A stretch of 62,940 bases of DNA, filler included, from Reticulomyxa filosa (GCA_000512085.1; 16 parts of 16 records of this genome joined end to end with filler, not necessarily neighbours in it), one strand, 5' to 3'; shown: positions 23,190 to 36,536, counted from the whole stretch's first letter. Numbers and translations are program-made. Notes: generated by a model not told the origin, from the sequence alone.

Positions 23190-25330
23190 TCAATCAAATG
23201 CTTTCTGCAGCTTGAGCCAAAACTTTCCATACATTTGGGGAGGAACATCCATGATTTGAATAGTTGCGTCTTGGCGATTGAAAAAAATGTGTGGGACAAA
23301 TTTGAGATGTTTGTATTTTCTGAACAAAGAATTGTCTCTTAGTACGTGTTCTTTGCCTTTGTTATCTTTTTTTACTTCTTTCCATTTCAGTTGTCTAGTA
23401 TCCATATCAACATACATATCAATCGTGCATTTCTGCAATTTCCAGCACTGCCACTCTTGGGTCTTGCTGTGGCTGGAGTCGTTCCATTCTTGTTCTTTGG
23501 TTATGTCAATACCGAACACTATTTACAAATTGTTTTGTTTATTTCGGGGATAAGTCATATAAATATACACAACTAACAACGACAACAAAAAAAAAATCGA
23601 TTGGAATATGATTTACTATCTTTTGCACATACGCATAAAAATTTGAAAACAAAAGAAAAACAATGCTTTTTTTTTAACATTCTTTCTCTTTAAAAGAATA
23701 ATTTGAAAATGTTTTGTCAGAATTGGCAAGTGCGATCACTACCCAACCAATAGTGTCCGAATGACGGATCTAAAGTGTGATTTTTTTAAAAATTTTTTTT
23801 GTGAGATTAAAGTTTCGAGAGCATAAAATCTACAACTTTTTTTTAAAAAAGTAGTTCTAAAACAAAAGAGAGCGAGAAACAAGAGATGCAAAAAAAAAAA
23901 AAAAAAAGTGAAATAGTATGGTTAATAAATAAAAGAGACAATTTATCAAGCACACATGGATTCGCCAACAATGGATGCCTTTTGCAACGGAGTAATCTTT
24001 TGCCAGAGACACATGTAGAGGCTCGATTTTTGTTTTCCGTAATAGTGTGTCATGCATTTCCAAAGCAAAAGAAGAACTGCTTGGATGACAGTTTGTGAAT
24101 TTTAACAAGTCAAAGTTCCAGCCCTCGGTGCTACATGTAATGACATGAGAGAAAGCAGACGGCCAACGAATGGAAGAGGAGCAACACGGCTGAATAGAAA
24201 AAGAGTACTTACAATTGGGCTCCAAACCTGTAACGCAGTACTTCCATTTTTGGCTCGAATTCGGCTTGACGCGTATTGAAATGGCTTGTTCATCCGTTTG
24301 TATGTCCTCCTTTTGCACTTTTAGTGCAAACTCCAACTCACTCGATTTTTCCTTATCTCCAAGTGGCTCTCTCAGACTCCATTCTATCGTCACACTCTCA
24401 CTCGTCCTTTCTTTCATTGTTATCTCCAAATTCAACAGTTTTATTATTCGCAACGATTCCATCTTGAAATTTTCTATCCATTTTTCAATCTTTTCTTTTT
24501 CCAATGTCACGTACGCACTCTCTTTTTCCTCACTTTCTGGCAAGGACTCATGATCCACCCCTGAGCATTGCTCTGCTGCGTCTTTGCTATCGTCATGTTT
24601 CGATGTTTTGGTATCTTCTAACATTTCTTTTATTTGGGGGTAATGCTAAAGAGGAGAAAAATTGCGTGTGTGTGTGTGCAAGGAGGGGAAGAGGAAAGGA
24701 CAACGTAAGGGACCTCGTTTGTGAATCATTAGCACATACGTATATAATATATGTACATATTTATGATTTAATATAAATGCATCTGCAACATTATGTTTGA
24801 GTAGATATAACAAAAACAAAATATAAATAAATAAATAAAATAACAGTAACATTGCACAAAGCTTGGCGATTGCCTTGCAATTGCTTGATTTTTAAATCAA
24901 TCATATCATTCCATCGCTGGATTAAACAACGCCTGTTTTCATTTATCAATTCAATTAGTCCATCCATATATACATTAATTTGATCTTCATTATCTTCTTT
25001 TGTTTTATTCAACAATTTCGTCTGATCTTCCATTTTTCTTATCTTTTGCATCTCCTTTTCTAAGGATTTGTCCACCATTTGCACTTTTATTAACTGATCA
25101 CTCCGGTTTTGTTCGAAATGTTTTTTTAGTACAAGAAAAGGGAAGCATTGATTTATTTTATTACAGATTTCTTTTCCTTTTTGTCAACATTTTTGAGAAT
25201 ATAGCCTTACCTCCACGATTATCTCGAGGTGATTTGTCAAGTTTTTTTCTGGCATGCCCCGTGCAAGGGAGCGCACTTTTTTTGTGCTTTTACTGTCTTG
25301 TTTGAATTATTCTTTTGTCCCTGCACAACT
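23190..25330 (-). CDS. Coiled-coil + fibronectin type III + SPRY/B30.2-like protein (TRIM-like C-terminal architecture), multi-exon; 5' start uncertain
   Basis: Coiled-coil exon at 24791..25084. FN3 motifs: RTSESVTIEWS...VTGLEPNCKYSFSI. SPRY-like motifs: VAKGIHCWRIH, TIDMYVDMDTRQL, FVPHIFF. Confidence 0.65.
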
Positions 25331-25796
25331 TTACATTTAGTTTGCAGGTGTTAAAAGAAGGAATATTTTCATTTTGTTCAAACGAACTAGATAATGTTTC
25401 TCCGTGACAAACTGAAACTGAAAGAACGGCACTACGTTCAATATTGCTTCAAGATTTGTATTTGGATTATTTTGTGGTGGACCATAGAGAAAAAGAGTAA
25501 AAAAGTTGCAAATACAAAATTTAAAAAAAGTATTTCCACATATTAAACATGAACTAAAAGCACAAAGAATGATGAGATTTTGGGCCATTGAAAAAGACTC
25601 CAAAAAAAAAAAAACAAAAAACACAAACAAAAACAAGCAAATAAAAAGCAAACAAATTTACAATAAAACAAAACTTAACTAACCGAAAAAAATCAAACAA
25701 AGTAGGTCGGAAAAAAATTGAAAAATTTTTTGTGCAATAACGAAAGAGAAGGTACAGTAGGTTTAATAAGTTAGCACCAAATTACTTTTCAAAAAA

Positions 25797-26423
25797 TCAA
25801 ATTTTACCCTTTTTCTGTAATTTGGTTACATTGTTCATAGTTTTTTGGCGGAACATGACTTTGTCATTAATGAAATTCATGCTTTCCGCCAAAGCCTTTA
25901 AATGCAATTGCAACCCATTAACCCAAAGATCCCTTTCGGTGATGTTTTTAGCTCGAAAAAAGTATTTTTTGCGAGGTGACTCAACAATGAATTGCCTCTG
26001 TTTTTTTTTATCGGATGAGTCTACAACGACACTGGACAATTGCAACAAAGTCAGACTATTTTGAAACTTGCGACGCTCTTTGATATCCAAAGGATTATCA
26101 ATATATTGCTCTTTTTTGCTCCAAAGCAAATGTGTACGTTTGACAATGAACCACCGTTTTTGCCATCCGCCAAACCGCTTGCCCGATTTTTTTTCTAAAA
26201 ATCCATGCAATTGTGGCAGTTGATGTATGCTCTGTTGCATTTCTTGAATTTGCGCAATCGTATCTGTTCGTTGTATTTTGCTGTCCACACTCGTCGTATT
26301 CAGTGTATTCGTTTCTGTCGCTTTGGCGATTTCCACAATCGCCGGCGTTTCACGGCTTTGTTCGAGCGTCGGCGCTCCCGTTGGTTTCTTATTGTCACTT
26401 TGTTTGTCCTTGCTTTTTTCTGT
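25797..26423 (-). CDS. PH-domain protein, 5' truncated
   Basis: LHGFLEKKSGKRFGGWQKRWF...YFFRAKNITERDLWVNGLQ is a canonical PH domain. Confidence 0.85.
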   Translation of the reverse strand, partial: TEKSKDKQSDNKKPTGAPTLEQSRETPAIVEIAKATETNTLNTTSVDSKIQRTDTIAQIQEMQQSIHQLPQLHGFLEKKSGKRFGGWQKRWFIVKRTHLLWSKKEQYIDNPLDIKERRKFQNSLTLLQLSSVVVDSSDKKKQRQFIVESPRKKYFFRAKNITERDLWVNGLQLHLKALAESMNFINDKVMFRQKTMNNVTKLQKKGKI

Positions 26424-26523
26424 NNNNNNNNNNNNNNNNNNNNNNNNNNNNNNNNNNNNNNNNNNNNTTAATTAATTAANNNNNNNNNNNNNNNNNNNNN
26501 NNNNNNNNNNNNNNNNNNNNNNN

Positions 26524-26910
26524 TTGGAATTACGTAGGCAACAAGAAGAAGTGAAACTGTATCATAATTGTATTCGATAAATTTCCAGATCACAATTTGG
26601 CAATGGCGAAATAATCACGACATTGAAAGTGATGTAAAAATAAGTTGGAGAGTGAAATTATCAACTTTGTCCAGAGCATACATTCATGCAGCTAAAGTTG
26701 GTGTTCTAGATGCCAATGCAAATTACGAAGCTTCCACACTCCAAAAAGTCACTTTTCGAGAAATGGAAAGAGCCAACATCTGAAGAGATCTTAAATTCGT
26801 TGGATGAAAGCACAATTGCAAGACCAGATCCAGGACTTGGATGGGAACCTGAAATAAGAACAAAAGCCAAAGAACTTGTGAAGTTCATTGTGGCAACTGG
26901 AAGGATTATT
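26524..26910 (+). repeat. 387-bp inverted repeat, left arm
   Basis: Reverse complement of 27722..28108. The ORF track gives identical peptides on both strands. Confidence 0.95.
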
Positions 26911-27721
26911 GTAGTCTCACACCTTCCCAGTGCAAAAGCTTTAAAAAAAAAAAAGTATTTAGACTGTACTCTTTTTGGGAGGTGCTTGTTCACGAACATT
27001 CTATCTCCTAAAAAAAAATTAACGATGATGTGCAGTCGCATCGTCATAGTGAGGCAAGAACAGTCAATTATTTGAATAATGATTGATAATCAAACAAAAG
27101 AAGACTATCTGTGGAAATCAAACCGATTGAGCGAAGAAGATGATAAAGTTGAAAACGAAAGGATGCAGCCAAACAAAACTCAAATTTTAAAAAGAAATTT
27201 GGTATGAACGATGTAAAATCTTTGACCAGTAACAATGGCGTCCAAAATCACTTTGCAAGAATTTAAAAATATGCAAATATTGGTAAAGAGAAGTCACAAA
27301 TCTGAAAAATGCATGAAAATTCAGAAAGGACGCAAGTGATACAATATTGTATCCTGTGATCCAAAGAGTAAGTGTAAACTTATCTCGAAGAAAGAAATTT
27401 GTCGAGAAAAAGAACAAAATCAAGCAAATGAAAGATGGCATTGAGATATGGAAGATCAATGAACGAATTTGTTATTTTCCAAAACAACATCAACGGCTTT
27501 TATTCAAAACCCCAACTACTGGAGCAGAACCTCCACGCAATGAATTCTGGAGTGAAACAAGAAGAACGGGTATTCTGTGTCGATCTACACGCCACCTGCT
27601 CCAAAATAGGACATAGCACTAAATAAAACAAAAGAAAATTCAAACAACCAATTGGGTGTTTTCTAAGAATACTTTAATAAAAAAAGAAAATTTGTCTAAG
27701 TTGTGAAAAAGATTTGTTTCA

Positions 27722-28108
27722 AATAATCCTTCCAGTTGCCACAATGAACTTCACAAGTTCTTTGGCTTTTGTTCTTATTTCAGGTTCCCATCCAAGTCCT
27801 GGATCTGGTCTTGCAATTGTGCTTTCATCCAACGAATTTAAGATCTCTTCAGATGTTGGCTCTTTCCATTTCTCGAAAAGTGACTTTTTGGAGTGTGGAA
27901 GCTTCGTAATTTGCATTGGCATCTAGAACACCAACTTTAGCTGCATGAATGTATGCTCTGGACAAAGTTGATAATTTCACTCTCCAACTTATTTTTACAT
28001 CACTTTCAATGTCGTGATTATTTCGCCATTGCCAAATTGTGATCTGGAAATTTATCGAATACAATTATGATACAGTTTCACTTCTTCTTGTTGCCTACGT
28101 AATTCCAA
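27722..28108 (-). repeat. 387-bp inverted repeat, right arm
   Basis: Reverse complement of 26524..26910. Confidence 0.95.
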
Positions 28109-28208
28109 NNNNNNNNNNNNNNNNNNNNNNNNNNNNNNNNNNNNNNNNNNNNTTAATTAATTAANNNNNNNNNNNNNNNNNNNNNNNNNNNNNNNNNNNN
28201 NNNNNNNN

Positions 28209-28239
<31 letters not shown>

Positions 28240-28245
<6 letters not shown>

Positions 28246-29322
28246 GAGGAATATGGAACTCCTCCGATCGCCAAAGAGGATCGAAAAAGAAAGGGTTGAT
28301 CCAAAAAAGGAACGGACACGGACGGAAATGAACATCACAGAGAAACATCAGAAAGCCATGACAATGGAGATGACAATGACAATGACAATGACAATGACGA
28401 GCACGAGCATGAACACGAAGCCGAACCCGAAACGGAAACAAAACAAGAGAGTGAGGTAGAGAATGACGACGAAAATGAAAACGAAAATGAACATGGGGAC
28501 GACGATGAAAACAGCACTCAGATTGACAAAATCGACAAAGAATATTTAAAAACACTTGTCGCGGTGCAAAACGTCCCATTGCCACGTTGGCTCACATCTA
28601 TTTATGACAGCTTAAAATTTCCATGTTATTATTCTTTAGAGCTATATTTCGTTGATAACGACACTCGTCCGGTATTGAAATCGGGAGAAAGCATTGATAT
28701 CACTTACAAAGAAAGCAAAGATATTTTTATCACTTCCAATGTTCATTTTTTGTTTGTTTGTTTGTTTGTTTGTTTGTTTATTCACAAATTTGACTATTTT
28801 ATTATTGTTATTATATATGTACATATACATATATATGTATACATATATATATATACATATATATATATTTATTTATTTATTTGTTTGCTTTGTTTGTTTG
28901 TGTTTATCAAGTCAACTCGTCGTGTGTATAGCAGTGATCCAATATTGATTGCCGCCAAATATGCAGAAAATTTTGGACAATTGTTCAAAAAATACTGCGA
29001 AAGGCTCATGTTGGCTCGAAGCTGAATTTAGCAAATATGGTATATTTGTGCATGTGTGTCTTATATGATTGATCATTGGCTAACTTAACTTGTGTTCAAT
29101 GCTTGCATGTGCCATACACATTTGGTAGATCCACGTTGCGACTTCTTTCATCCAAAACGGAGCAAGTATTATGTTCGAGTTGGTGGGTTTTGGAGCAAGG
29201 ACAAGTCCCGTCATTGGATGACCGTTTGTGACGAAAACAATCAAATTGCTGCTGGAAGGTTGCCCATGCTTGTCTTGAATGCGGTGGTGTCTCATAAACT
29301 TAAATATCCTTTTGATCAATAA
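28240..29322 (+). CDS. Unknown protein, 3' exons (acidic low-complexity region followed by a globular C-terminus)
   Basis: Coding-like segments (VQNVPLPRWLTSIY..., STRRVYSSDP..., HLVDPRCDFFHP...KYPFDQ*) are separated by (GTTT)n/(TA)n intron-like tracts. Confidence 0.45.
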
Positions 29323-29986
29323 ACTCGTTCTTTGTTTGTTTATTTGTCTCTTGTACTTCTTTTTCCCTTTGTATGTATCTGCTCATTTTTTTCCCCTCCC
29401 TTTCCCTCTTCCATTATTGTCCTTTTTTACGATGCACTGTCGTTGTAATTTCTTCTCTCTCTTTTGTGCGTTGTCAGTTGTTTGGTTGAATTTTTTTTTT
29501 TTTTTTTTGAATGATAAGCTTACCCCCCTTCATCATCGAAATTGGCGTTTCAACAGGTGAAAAGGAGCTTCCACGTGCCAAAAGCAAACTTACAGCAAAA
29601 AAAAATCTTGAGAAAAGTGGCATTATTTATTTCTCTCGATTTCTCGTCCCAAACTTCAAAATTATTCAAACATTTTCTATTCTATATCTTTTGAGATAAA
29701 GATATCCAAAAATATATCTTCTTAAAAAAAAATTTAATAAAGTTTGAACTGAAAACGTTTTCCATAAAGGTCAACCAAAACTTTTTTATTTCTCTCTCTC
29801 TGGTCTTTTAATTTTGCTTTGCTACTCAGTGGATGGGATTGTGGTTTGTCCAAATGGAAAGTGCGCATTTTTTTTTAGAAAAACTGCAACAGAAAAAAAA
29901 GGAAAAAGCACAACAAAAAAAACCTACGTTTGATGCGGGCAATTGACCGCCAGAGACCTCTCTATATTTATCGGAGTGTTAGCAAG

Positions 29987-31166
29987 ATGGGAAAGAGACA
30001 GACAAATCTTTCCTTCTGGAAATTGTTGCGCAATTATTGGTTTGTGTGTATAATATTAATACCGTTTGTAGTCTTTTTTGGGTCCTTTTTCTCTCAAGTA
30101 CATGTAACAATAGCCCACCATGCAGCATGGTATAGTGGCAACAAAATGAACATAACAACGACCGGCAAAATGCCACGCAGAAAAAAAACTGAGAGAAAAA
30201 AAAGGCTTAATTCGTTAATGCAAGCGAAAATGAGTAAAAACAATTCAACAGTGTATCTGTTATATAACAACAAAACACTGCGATTTGATAAGTCAAAAAA
30301 TGCAAAGTGCGACCTTTACGTTCACTTTCACAACATACGAACGGCGAGTATCTTCACAAACGGCTTTGCAAACTATTATTGGAAAGACCACTTCCGCATC
30401 ATCCGAACGCGAGTATTGTCACCGGAGCATTTGGGATCCACTGGTGCTCTAGTTTCGTTAATTAAGCCATTTTTTTTTTCAGGTTATTTTTTTTTTTTTT
30501 TTTTTTTTTTTGACAAAACTAAAAAAAAAAAATTGTGTATACGTATGTGGAATTATTATTGAATTGAAAAGACAATGACGAAGACACGGAAAAAAACTAC
30601 TCGACCAAATATGGTGGATTGGCGATAAATCACAATCCCTGGTACAACGTGTGTACAAAGTGCGTAAGAAATTGGAATGGTTTGCGGACATCAAAAGTAT
30701 GCTGCTGAATTACGGCGACGAATACTGTGCCCAGCATGGCCAAGAAGGGGTGAAATGGGTCCCCTTTGCCGACTCGGACTTGAAGGTGCTGACGCCCAGC
30801 CATTCAAACTACGACGTGGTGATTTACAACTATTGGAACCAGCAGTTTGAAGTGTCCGCAAAAAACAAGGATAAGCCTGTCTATCAACCTTTGTTTTGGA
30901 GACATGATGTCGGCTCCTATGTTACTGCTCCGCAAATGTTGCTGACGTGGCCCGTCGAACTTGAATTGTCGTTACTTTCAAACTCGAGTGTTCCAAGGAG
31001 GAAGATGTTGGCAATCAGTAAAGAGCAGAGGAAAAAAATGAGCGCATCATTCGTATGAGAAAATCCAAGCAACAACAAGAAACTTTGGCAATTCCACAAA
31101 ATCTTAATTTGCTTTTCAAATTTGCTACGTAAGATTTTTTTTTTTTATTTAAAAAAAAAAAAAGTG
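29987..31166 (+). CDS. Type II membrane protein, possibly an exostosin/GT47-like glycosyltransferase, 3' truncated
   Basis: Short basic N-terminus, a single TM (YWFVCIILIPFVVFFGSFF), a stem and luminal exons (YDVVIYNYW, TWPVEL..RRKMLA). The family assignment is weak. Confidence 0.4.
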
Positions 31167-31266
31167 NNNNNNNNNNNNNNNNNNNNNNNNNNNNNNNNNN
31201 NNNNNNNNNNTTAATTAATTAANNNNNNNNNNNNNNNNNNNNNNNNNNNNNNNNNNNNNNNNNNNN

Positions 31267-32404
31267 GTTTAATCCACAAATGACTTGTTTTGATTTTTAG
31301 ATGTCCAAGTCCTAGCATATTATAATAAATAGTTAAAGTAATACTCTCTCCAAGTAGAAATACTCCAAACTTATAACTATACAATTCATTAACAATTAAT
31401 GATTTTTTGTGTGTATTTTCAGCCAACAATAGGAAATCCGATCCATTTTTCAAATTCGAAGTTTTAATGAATGACAACATATTTTTACAATTTTTGTTAT
31501 ATTTAAGCTTCATGATAGCTTGTTCTTTTTTTTCATCATGATCATCGTCATCGTCATTATCATTATCATTGTCATTATCATTATCATTATTACTATCATT
31601 ATTACTATCATTATCATCATTATTTTCTTCTTCTTCAATTACTTCTCCGTCATCTCCTTCAATTTCATTAACGTAATTGTCAAATCGAGTATTATGTTGG
31701 TTAATTTTTATTTTCAATTGTCGAACATCATTTGTTAATGCAGTTATTTTTTGATCTTTTTCCTGTAGTTTATGTCTTAAGCTGTCAATTTGTTTATTTT
31801 TTTCATTGTCTTTATCGTTCATCTTTTCGATTTGCGATTGTAAATTTTTAACTACGTTTTGCAATTCTCTAATTTGTCCATTTATTACATTTAACTCATC
31901 TACAATTTCAAATGAAGTATTTTGTTTGGGTAAAAGCAAATCGCATGATTTATCCAAATGATCTTTCATGTCTTTCATTTTTCCTGTATAATTGCAATTT
32001 TTTTTTGAACTTAAGTTTACTTCTTCTTCTTTATTTAATTGATTCTTTTTCAAGTCAAATTGTCGAGGGCAGATTACCAATAATTCAGATACCGATTTTC
32101 TCACAGTTCTATTTTGCGAAAATTCACAATGACTATGTTGTTGAATTGGACATTTTCTATTGTTTTGTCTTAAATATCTTTGTAAACATTCTTCTCCAAC
32201 CAAATAAACTTGATCCAAATTCTCGTGTTCATTACAATGCAATTCCATTGCATTATTTGTAATTTGATTGCAAACGCAGCAAATTAAGGTGTTCAATCTT
32301 TGTGATTCATTTGTCAAGGAAATCCATGCTTTACTATAACACTCGGAAAGGGAAAATGTTGTCCTTTTATTTTCTTTAATTTCTTCTTCTTCTAATGACA
32401 GCAT
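31267..32404 (-). CDS. RING + TRAF-type zinc finger + coiled-coil protein, 3' truncated
   Basis: ICCVCNQ...CNEH...GEECL...KCP (RING-like), VICPRQ...CNYTG...DHLDKSC (TRAF zinc finger), a coiled coil and an N/D repeat. Confidence 0.8.
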
Positions 32405-32651
32405 TAGTCTTACCTTTGTATAATAATCTAGCAAGTTTTTTTTCTCTAAAACTTTTGTTGAAAAGGATTTTAAAGGTGAACGTCCAAACAATAACCCATA
32501 ATTTTTGCAAAAACATTTTAAAATAATTGAAAATAAATACTTTTAAAAAATTTATTTTAAACTAGAACAATATAATCGCAAAACTAATGTAAAGGGAGAT
32601 CCCTCGATTTAATTAAAAAAGGTAAAACAGTACTTATCAATGTAATATTTC

Positions 32652-32739
32652 TATAGAGACGATTGATTTCCTACATGAAAAAACAACATTCAAACCTAAT
32701 TTTTTAAAAAATATCTACAAATCGTGTACTTTTTAAATA
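32652..32739 (+). repeat. Dispersed repeat family B, partial copy
   Basis: Aligns to 40831..40915 (TATAGAGA...CATGAAAAAACAACAT...ACCTAATTTTT...AAAAATATCTAC). Confidence 0.75.
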
Positions 32740-33839
32740 CAATAAAAGATCGTTAAACTCTTTTTTGCAACAACAAGAAAGACTATTAAAGCTTTGCACA
32801 AAAAATCATTTGCTTTCTTTTAAAAAATGAAAATTATAAATTTGTTGAATTGTATGACAATGGACTTCAAACAAACGTCCACATAGACATCTGTATTCAC
32901 TTTGTTGTGTTATGTGAAACAAATGTGATTCACAGAACAAATTCCACATTATTTCAAATACTTTAAAAAACATTTGATGCTATCTTTTTTATTCACAAGA
33001 AATCTTGAAAAAACAATGCAAGAAATAATTGCAATGAAAAATGTAATTCATTTCAATACGTGATAATAAACTTAAATAAATAATAATAATCAAAGACACT
33101 TTTAACTGTACTACAGTCACTAATGAAACAATATTAAAATCACGTGTGTACCAATTTGCAATAGACTCTACATATTGATTTAATTATTCCAGAAAAAAAA
33201 TTAAAATTAAAATAAAACGTACATTTTAATCATATTAATTTTGCAAAAATCCTCTTCGCAATGATAATTATCGCATCCCAAGAGTTGTGCTATCATCGAA
33301 AGAAACATCAATCCACGCCTTGTGCATTAAATATCTTTTACGATAAAATAATTTGAAAAGAAGTATACAAATTTGATCAATTATTTCAAAGTAATTCATA
33401 AAATCATATCATTTGTGTAATTTAGGAAATTTATGTTTACACAGTTTTAATGTTTCAATAGCCAATTTAAAAATAAGAAATAAACGCGTTTAAAGTAAAT
33501 AAAAATTGTGTTAAATTAAACCTTTGATTTCAACATCGAAGTTCCTTTTTTGTTTTCAAACATTCTTTACAACTACAAAAAAAGGTGAACAACTGTTTTC
33601 AAAGATTTTGTTGAAAACCCTTTGGAAAAAAAACTTGTAATAATGTGCACGCTAAGTTTTGGACAAGTTCTTTTTTAAAAATTTCTATCTTCACTGAAAA
33701 AGAAATCGCATGTATTGTTAAAATCCGTTTTTCATGTCGACAAATATTTTTGAAAACCCCTTTCATTGCACTCGAAAGGAAAAAAGTTCAATATCTTCCA
33801 TTTTACATTATTAAAAACGATCTTAAGAGAAAAAACAAA

Positions 33840-34047
33840 ATGACAACTCTTAGCAATAAGAAGCGAACTTCAACACGACTAGCGTTGGTAAGCTTTAGTA
33901 CAAGCTTTCAGAAAATCTATTGCCTTTTTAATGTTTTGTTTATCGTATGTAAAATTGTGATTCAAACAGTCTGAAGAAGAAAAGATTCAAGTAATTGTAC
34001 GAAATTGGATTCGAACATTGCAAATCAAATTTGGATGGATTAATGAG
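33840..34047 (+). CDS. First two exons of a WD40-family gene (truncated by contig end)
   Basis: MTTLSNKKRTSTRLAL|GT..AG|SEEEKIQVIVRNWIRTLQIKFGWINE is the same N-terminus type as the WD40 genes at 45116 and 52064. Confidence 0.7.
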
Positions 34048-34147
34048 NNNNNNNNNNNNNNNNNNNNNNNNNNNNNNNNNNNNNNNNNNNNTTAATTAAT
34101 TAANNNNNNNNNNNNNNNNNNNNNNNNNNNNNNNNNNNNNNNNNNNN

Positions 34148-35290
34148 TAAGCTGTGATCTCTTGTCAAAAAGATACAATTTAAAAAAAAAAAGGACTCTT
34201 CCATAGAATATCCAACAGTGGAAAGAAGTAAACTTGGCGAACGTCGACAAAGTTTGCAATTATTTTTAAAGTCAAGACTTTCCAAACCAGATTTAACGAA
34301 AAAAGGGATCCTTGAAATGAAAAACATGACACCACAATTGCGACCAGTGGCGGATATGCTACAGCTACAGCGACGGTTGAGTGTGCATCAAGACCGCAGC
34401 ATACTCCAAGATAGAAATATTTTGAAATTAACAGAAGAACTAACAGATTTTGATAATTGTGCGCAGCTGGACGAACACAATGAAGACGTTGTGACAAAAA
34501 GACACCACGAACAGGTCTCTTTACATATCTTTGGAATGAATTTGTAAACAAAACTGCATTGAACCAAATCGCAAAAGATTATTTCATCACTCACAATTGT
34601 CGACTCACTGACTTTAACGACGACAGCACACCTGTAGATAACAATGACGCGACTGAACCCTCGATGATCTGGTCAGTGCAATATCGTCAAAGGAATCACT
34701 GTAATGACACATACTATTCAACAACTCGTGACTATGTCGTTGGTGATCGAATTGAATTGACTAATAATTGAAAAGATGTTTTATTTAACATGCATTATGT
34801 TATATTGTAATCCAGAATCTTATTTGATGGCTAAATGAAAAAAAAAGATAAACCGCGATGATGTTGACCCAATAGTGAAAATGCGCACGCACAGGTGGAT
34901 AGCTTTATCGTGTTGAAGGATGGATTGAAAGAGTTGAGATCTTTTGTTTTGGGGGCACATTATTTTGTAAAAACGTTTCGGATTGAAACTATTTTGGGTT
35001 TTAGATTGTCAGATACTGTGGCAAAGATTAAAAAGTTTGTCGGTGTACTTTAGTTGCAAAACTGAACGAGAACTCAAAGATATTGGCAAGGTTTTGAAGG
35101 TTCCTTCCGACCTAAAAGTATTTCGATCTGAATTAATCTGTTCAACGAAAAGTACCATCCATAAACGAGCAACAGGATCGGCGTGAAAGAAGATTTGGAA
35201 GAAAAAGAGAAGGAGGAATTGAGTAAAATTATTGAAAAATCTCAAGTGAATGATCGTGTTGAAATATATCTGCAAGACGAACAGGTTTAT
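34148..35290 (+). pseudogene. RPEL-repeat + CAP-Gly gene, disrupted (copy 1)
   Basis: RPEL-like motifs RRQSLQLFLKSRLSKPDLTKKGIL and LQRRLSVHQDRSILQDRNIL. CAP-Gly-like pieces YVVGDRIELTN, VYFSCK and LQVNDRVEI. Frameshifts and stops are present. Confidence 0.55.
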
Positions 35291-36397
35291 TTTAATAACA
35301 ATTTATGATTTTAATTATAATTTTGTTTTGTTTATTCAAATGAACAAATGACATAAAAAATATGTACACATATAATATCTTTAATACGTATATGTATGNN
35401 NNNNNNNNNNNNNNNNNNNNNNNNNNNNNNNNNNNNNNNNNNTTAATTAATTAANNNNNNNNNNNNNNNNNNNNNNNNNNNNNNNNNNNNNNNNNNNNTA
35501 ATCATTTTCAAATATGTTGACGAACTAATTGTGACGGATTAATACCATGTATGTATTTTCAATAACAAAAAAAAAGCTAGTACAATGTTTGTACTCATTT
35601 GGTAAGAAGTAGCATTTTGTATATCACATTGTTTGTATTTATATTACAATACGTATACCAAAAAAAAACAGTATGCTTTCTATTTTGTGCAATTAATTAA
35701 AGACAATCTATTTGCAATGTTGGTAATTGAAACTGCTTTGCACAATGGAGTTAAAAAATTTACTGTTTTTTTTTAAAGGACAAGCAATTCTCTTCCCAAC
35801 AAAATAAAAAAAAATAACTCGCTTTCTAAAATCTCTTCTGGAATAAACAATTAATTATGCAAGCAATCGTTTTTTGTAAAATTAAGAAATTAAAATATCG
35901 CTTTTATGTTGTTATCATTATGATGGTTCGTAGTAATGATGACAATCTATACAAAAGAAAATCAAAGCTTTATGTCCGATTTTTTTGGAGAAAGAGGAAA
36001 AAGTACTTTCTTTTCGGATATTAGTTTTTTTAAAATGTTTATGTCAACATTCGGACTTTAAAAAGTTTATAAAAACACTGAGTCTGATGAAGAAGGAACA
36101 ACAAAGACAAAATGAACATAAAAAGCAATACTGATAGACTTATGGCAATAAAAAACGTTTTCATCACAACCAGCATTGATAAACTTCATTCAATCTTTAG
36201 AAAAATAGCTGTTTTTATGTGATTTGTAATGAGTCAGTTTGAAAAACAAATCCAAATAATTATTTTGTACCAAAAAAATTGAAAATAATATTTTCAATTT
36301 GTATAGTTCAAATTATTTGTTACGTACTTTTTTTCAATATCGATAAACAATTTTATTGCAATACCTCAAATGTCCTAAGCAATCTCGGATTTTTTTC

Positions 36398-36536
36398 ATT
36401 TCAGATTTTTTAATGAAAACACTTTTGATGTTTCCGTATTAAAAACCGAAAAATAAACAAGTCCGATAAATCCGTTGTAATAAGATGAATCAGGCTTTTA
36501 TTTTTTTGATTGAAATCGTTTTCATTGCTTGCTATT
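36398..36536 (+). repeat. Imperfect direct repeat, copy 1 (copy 2 at 37974..38122)
   Basis: ATTTC.GATTTT..AATGAAAACA...TCCGATAAATC.GTTG.TAATAAGATG...TTATTTTTTTGATTGA...TTGCTTGCTATT occurs in both copies. Confidence 0.8.

Larger units (their letters stand above)
26524..28108. mobile_element. Rearranged, degenerate non-LTR (LINE) retrotransposon remnants
   Basis: Arms: LELRRQQ (post-RT PLxxRR-like), RPDPGLG (RNase H start-like), LVKFIVATGRII* (ORF2 end-like). Spacer: zinc-knuckle remnants (RCKIF..SLCKNLKICKY..HKSEKC) and an APE endonuclease start (IFQNNINGFYSK, RTGILCR). All are interrupted by stops or frameshifts. Confidence 0.6.

Noticed and set aside
26524-28108. Autonomous TIR DNA transposon
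   Set aside because: No transposase ORF, and TSDs cannot be seen because both arms end at contig edges. The peptide remnants look LINE-derived.
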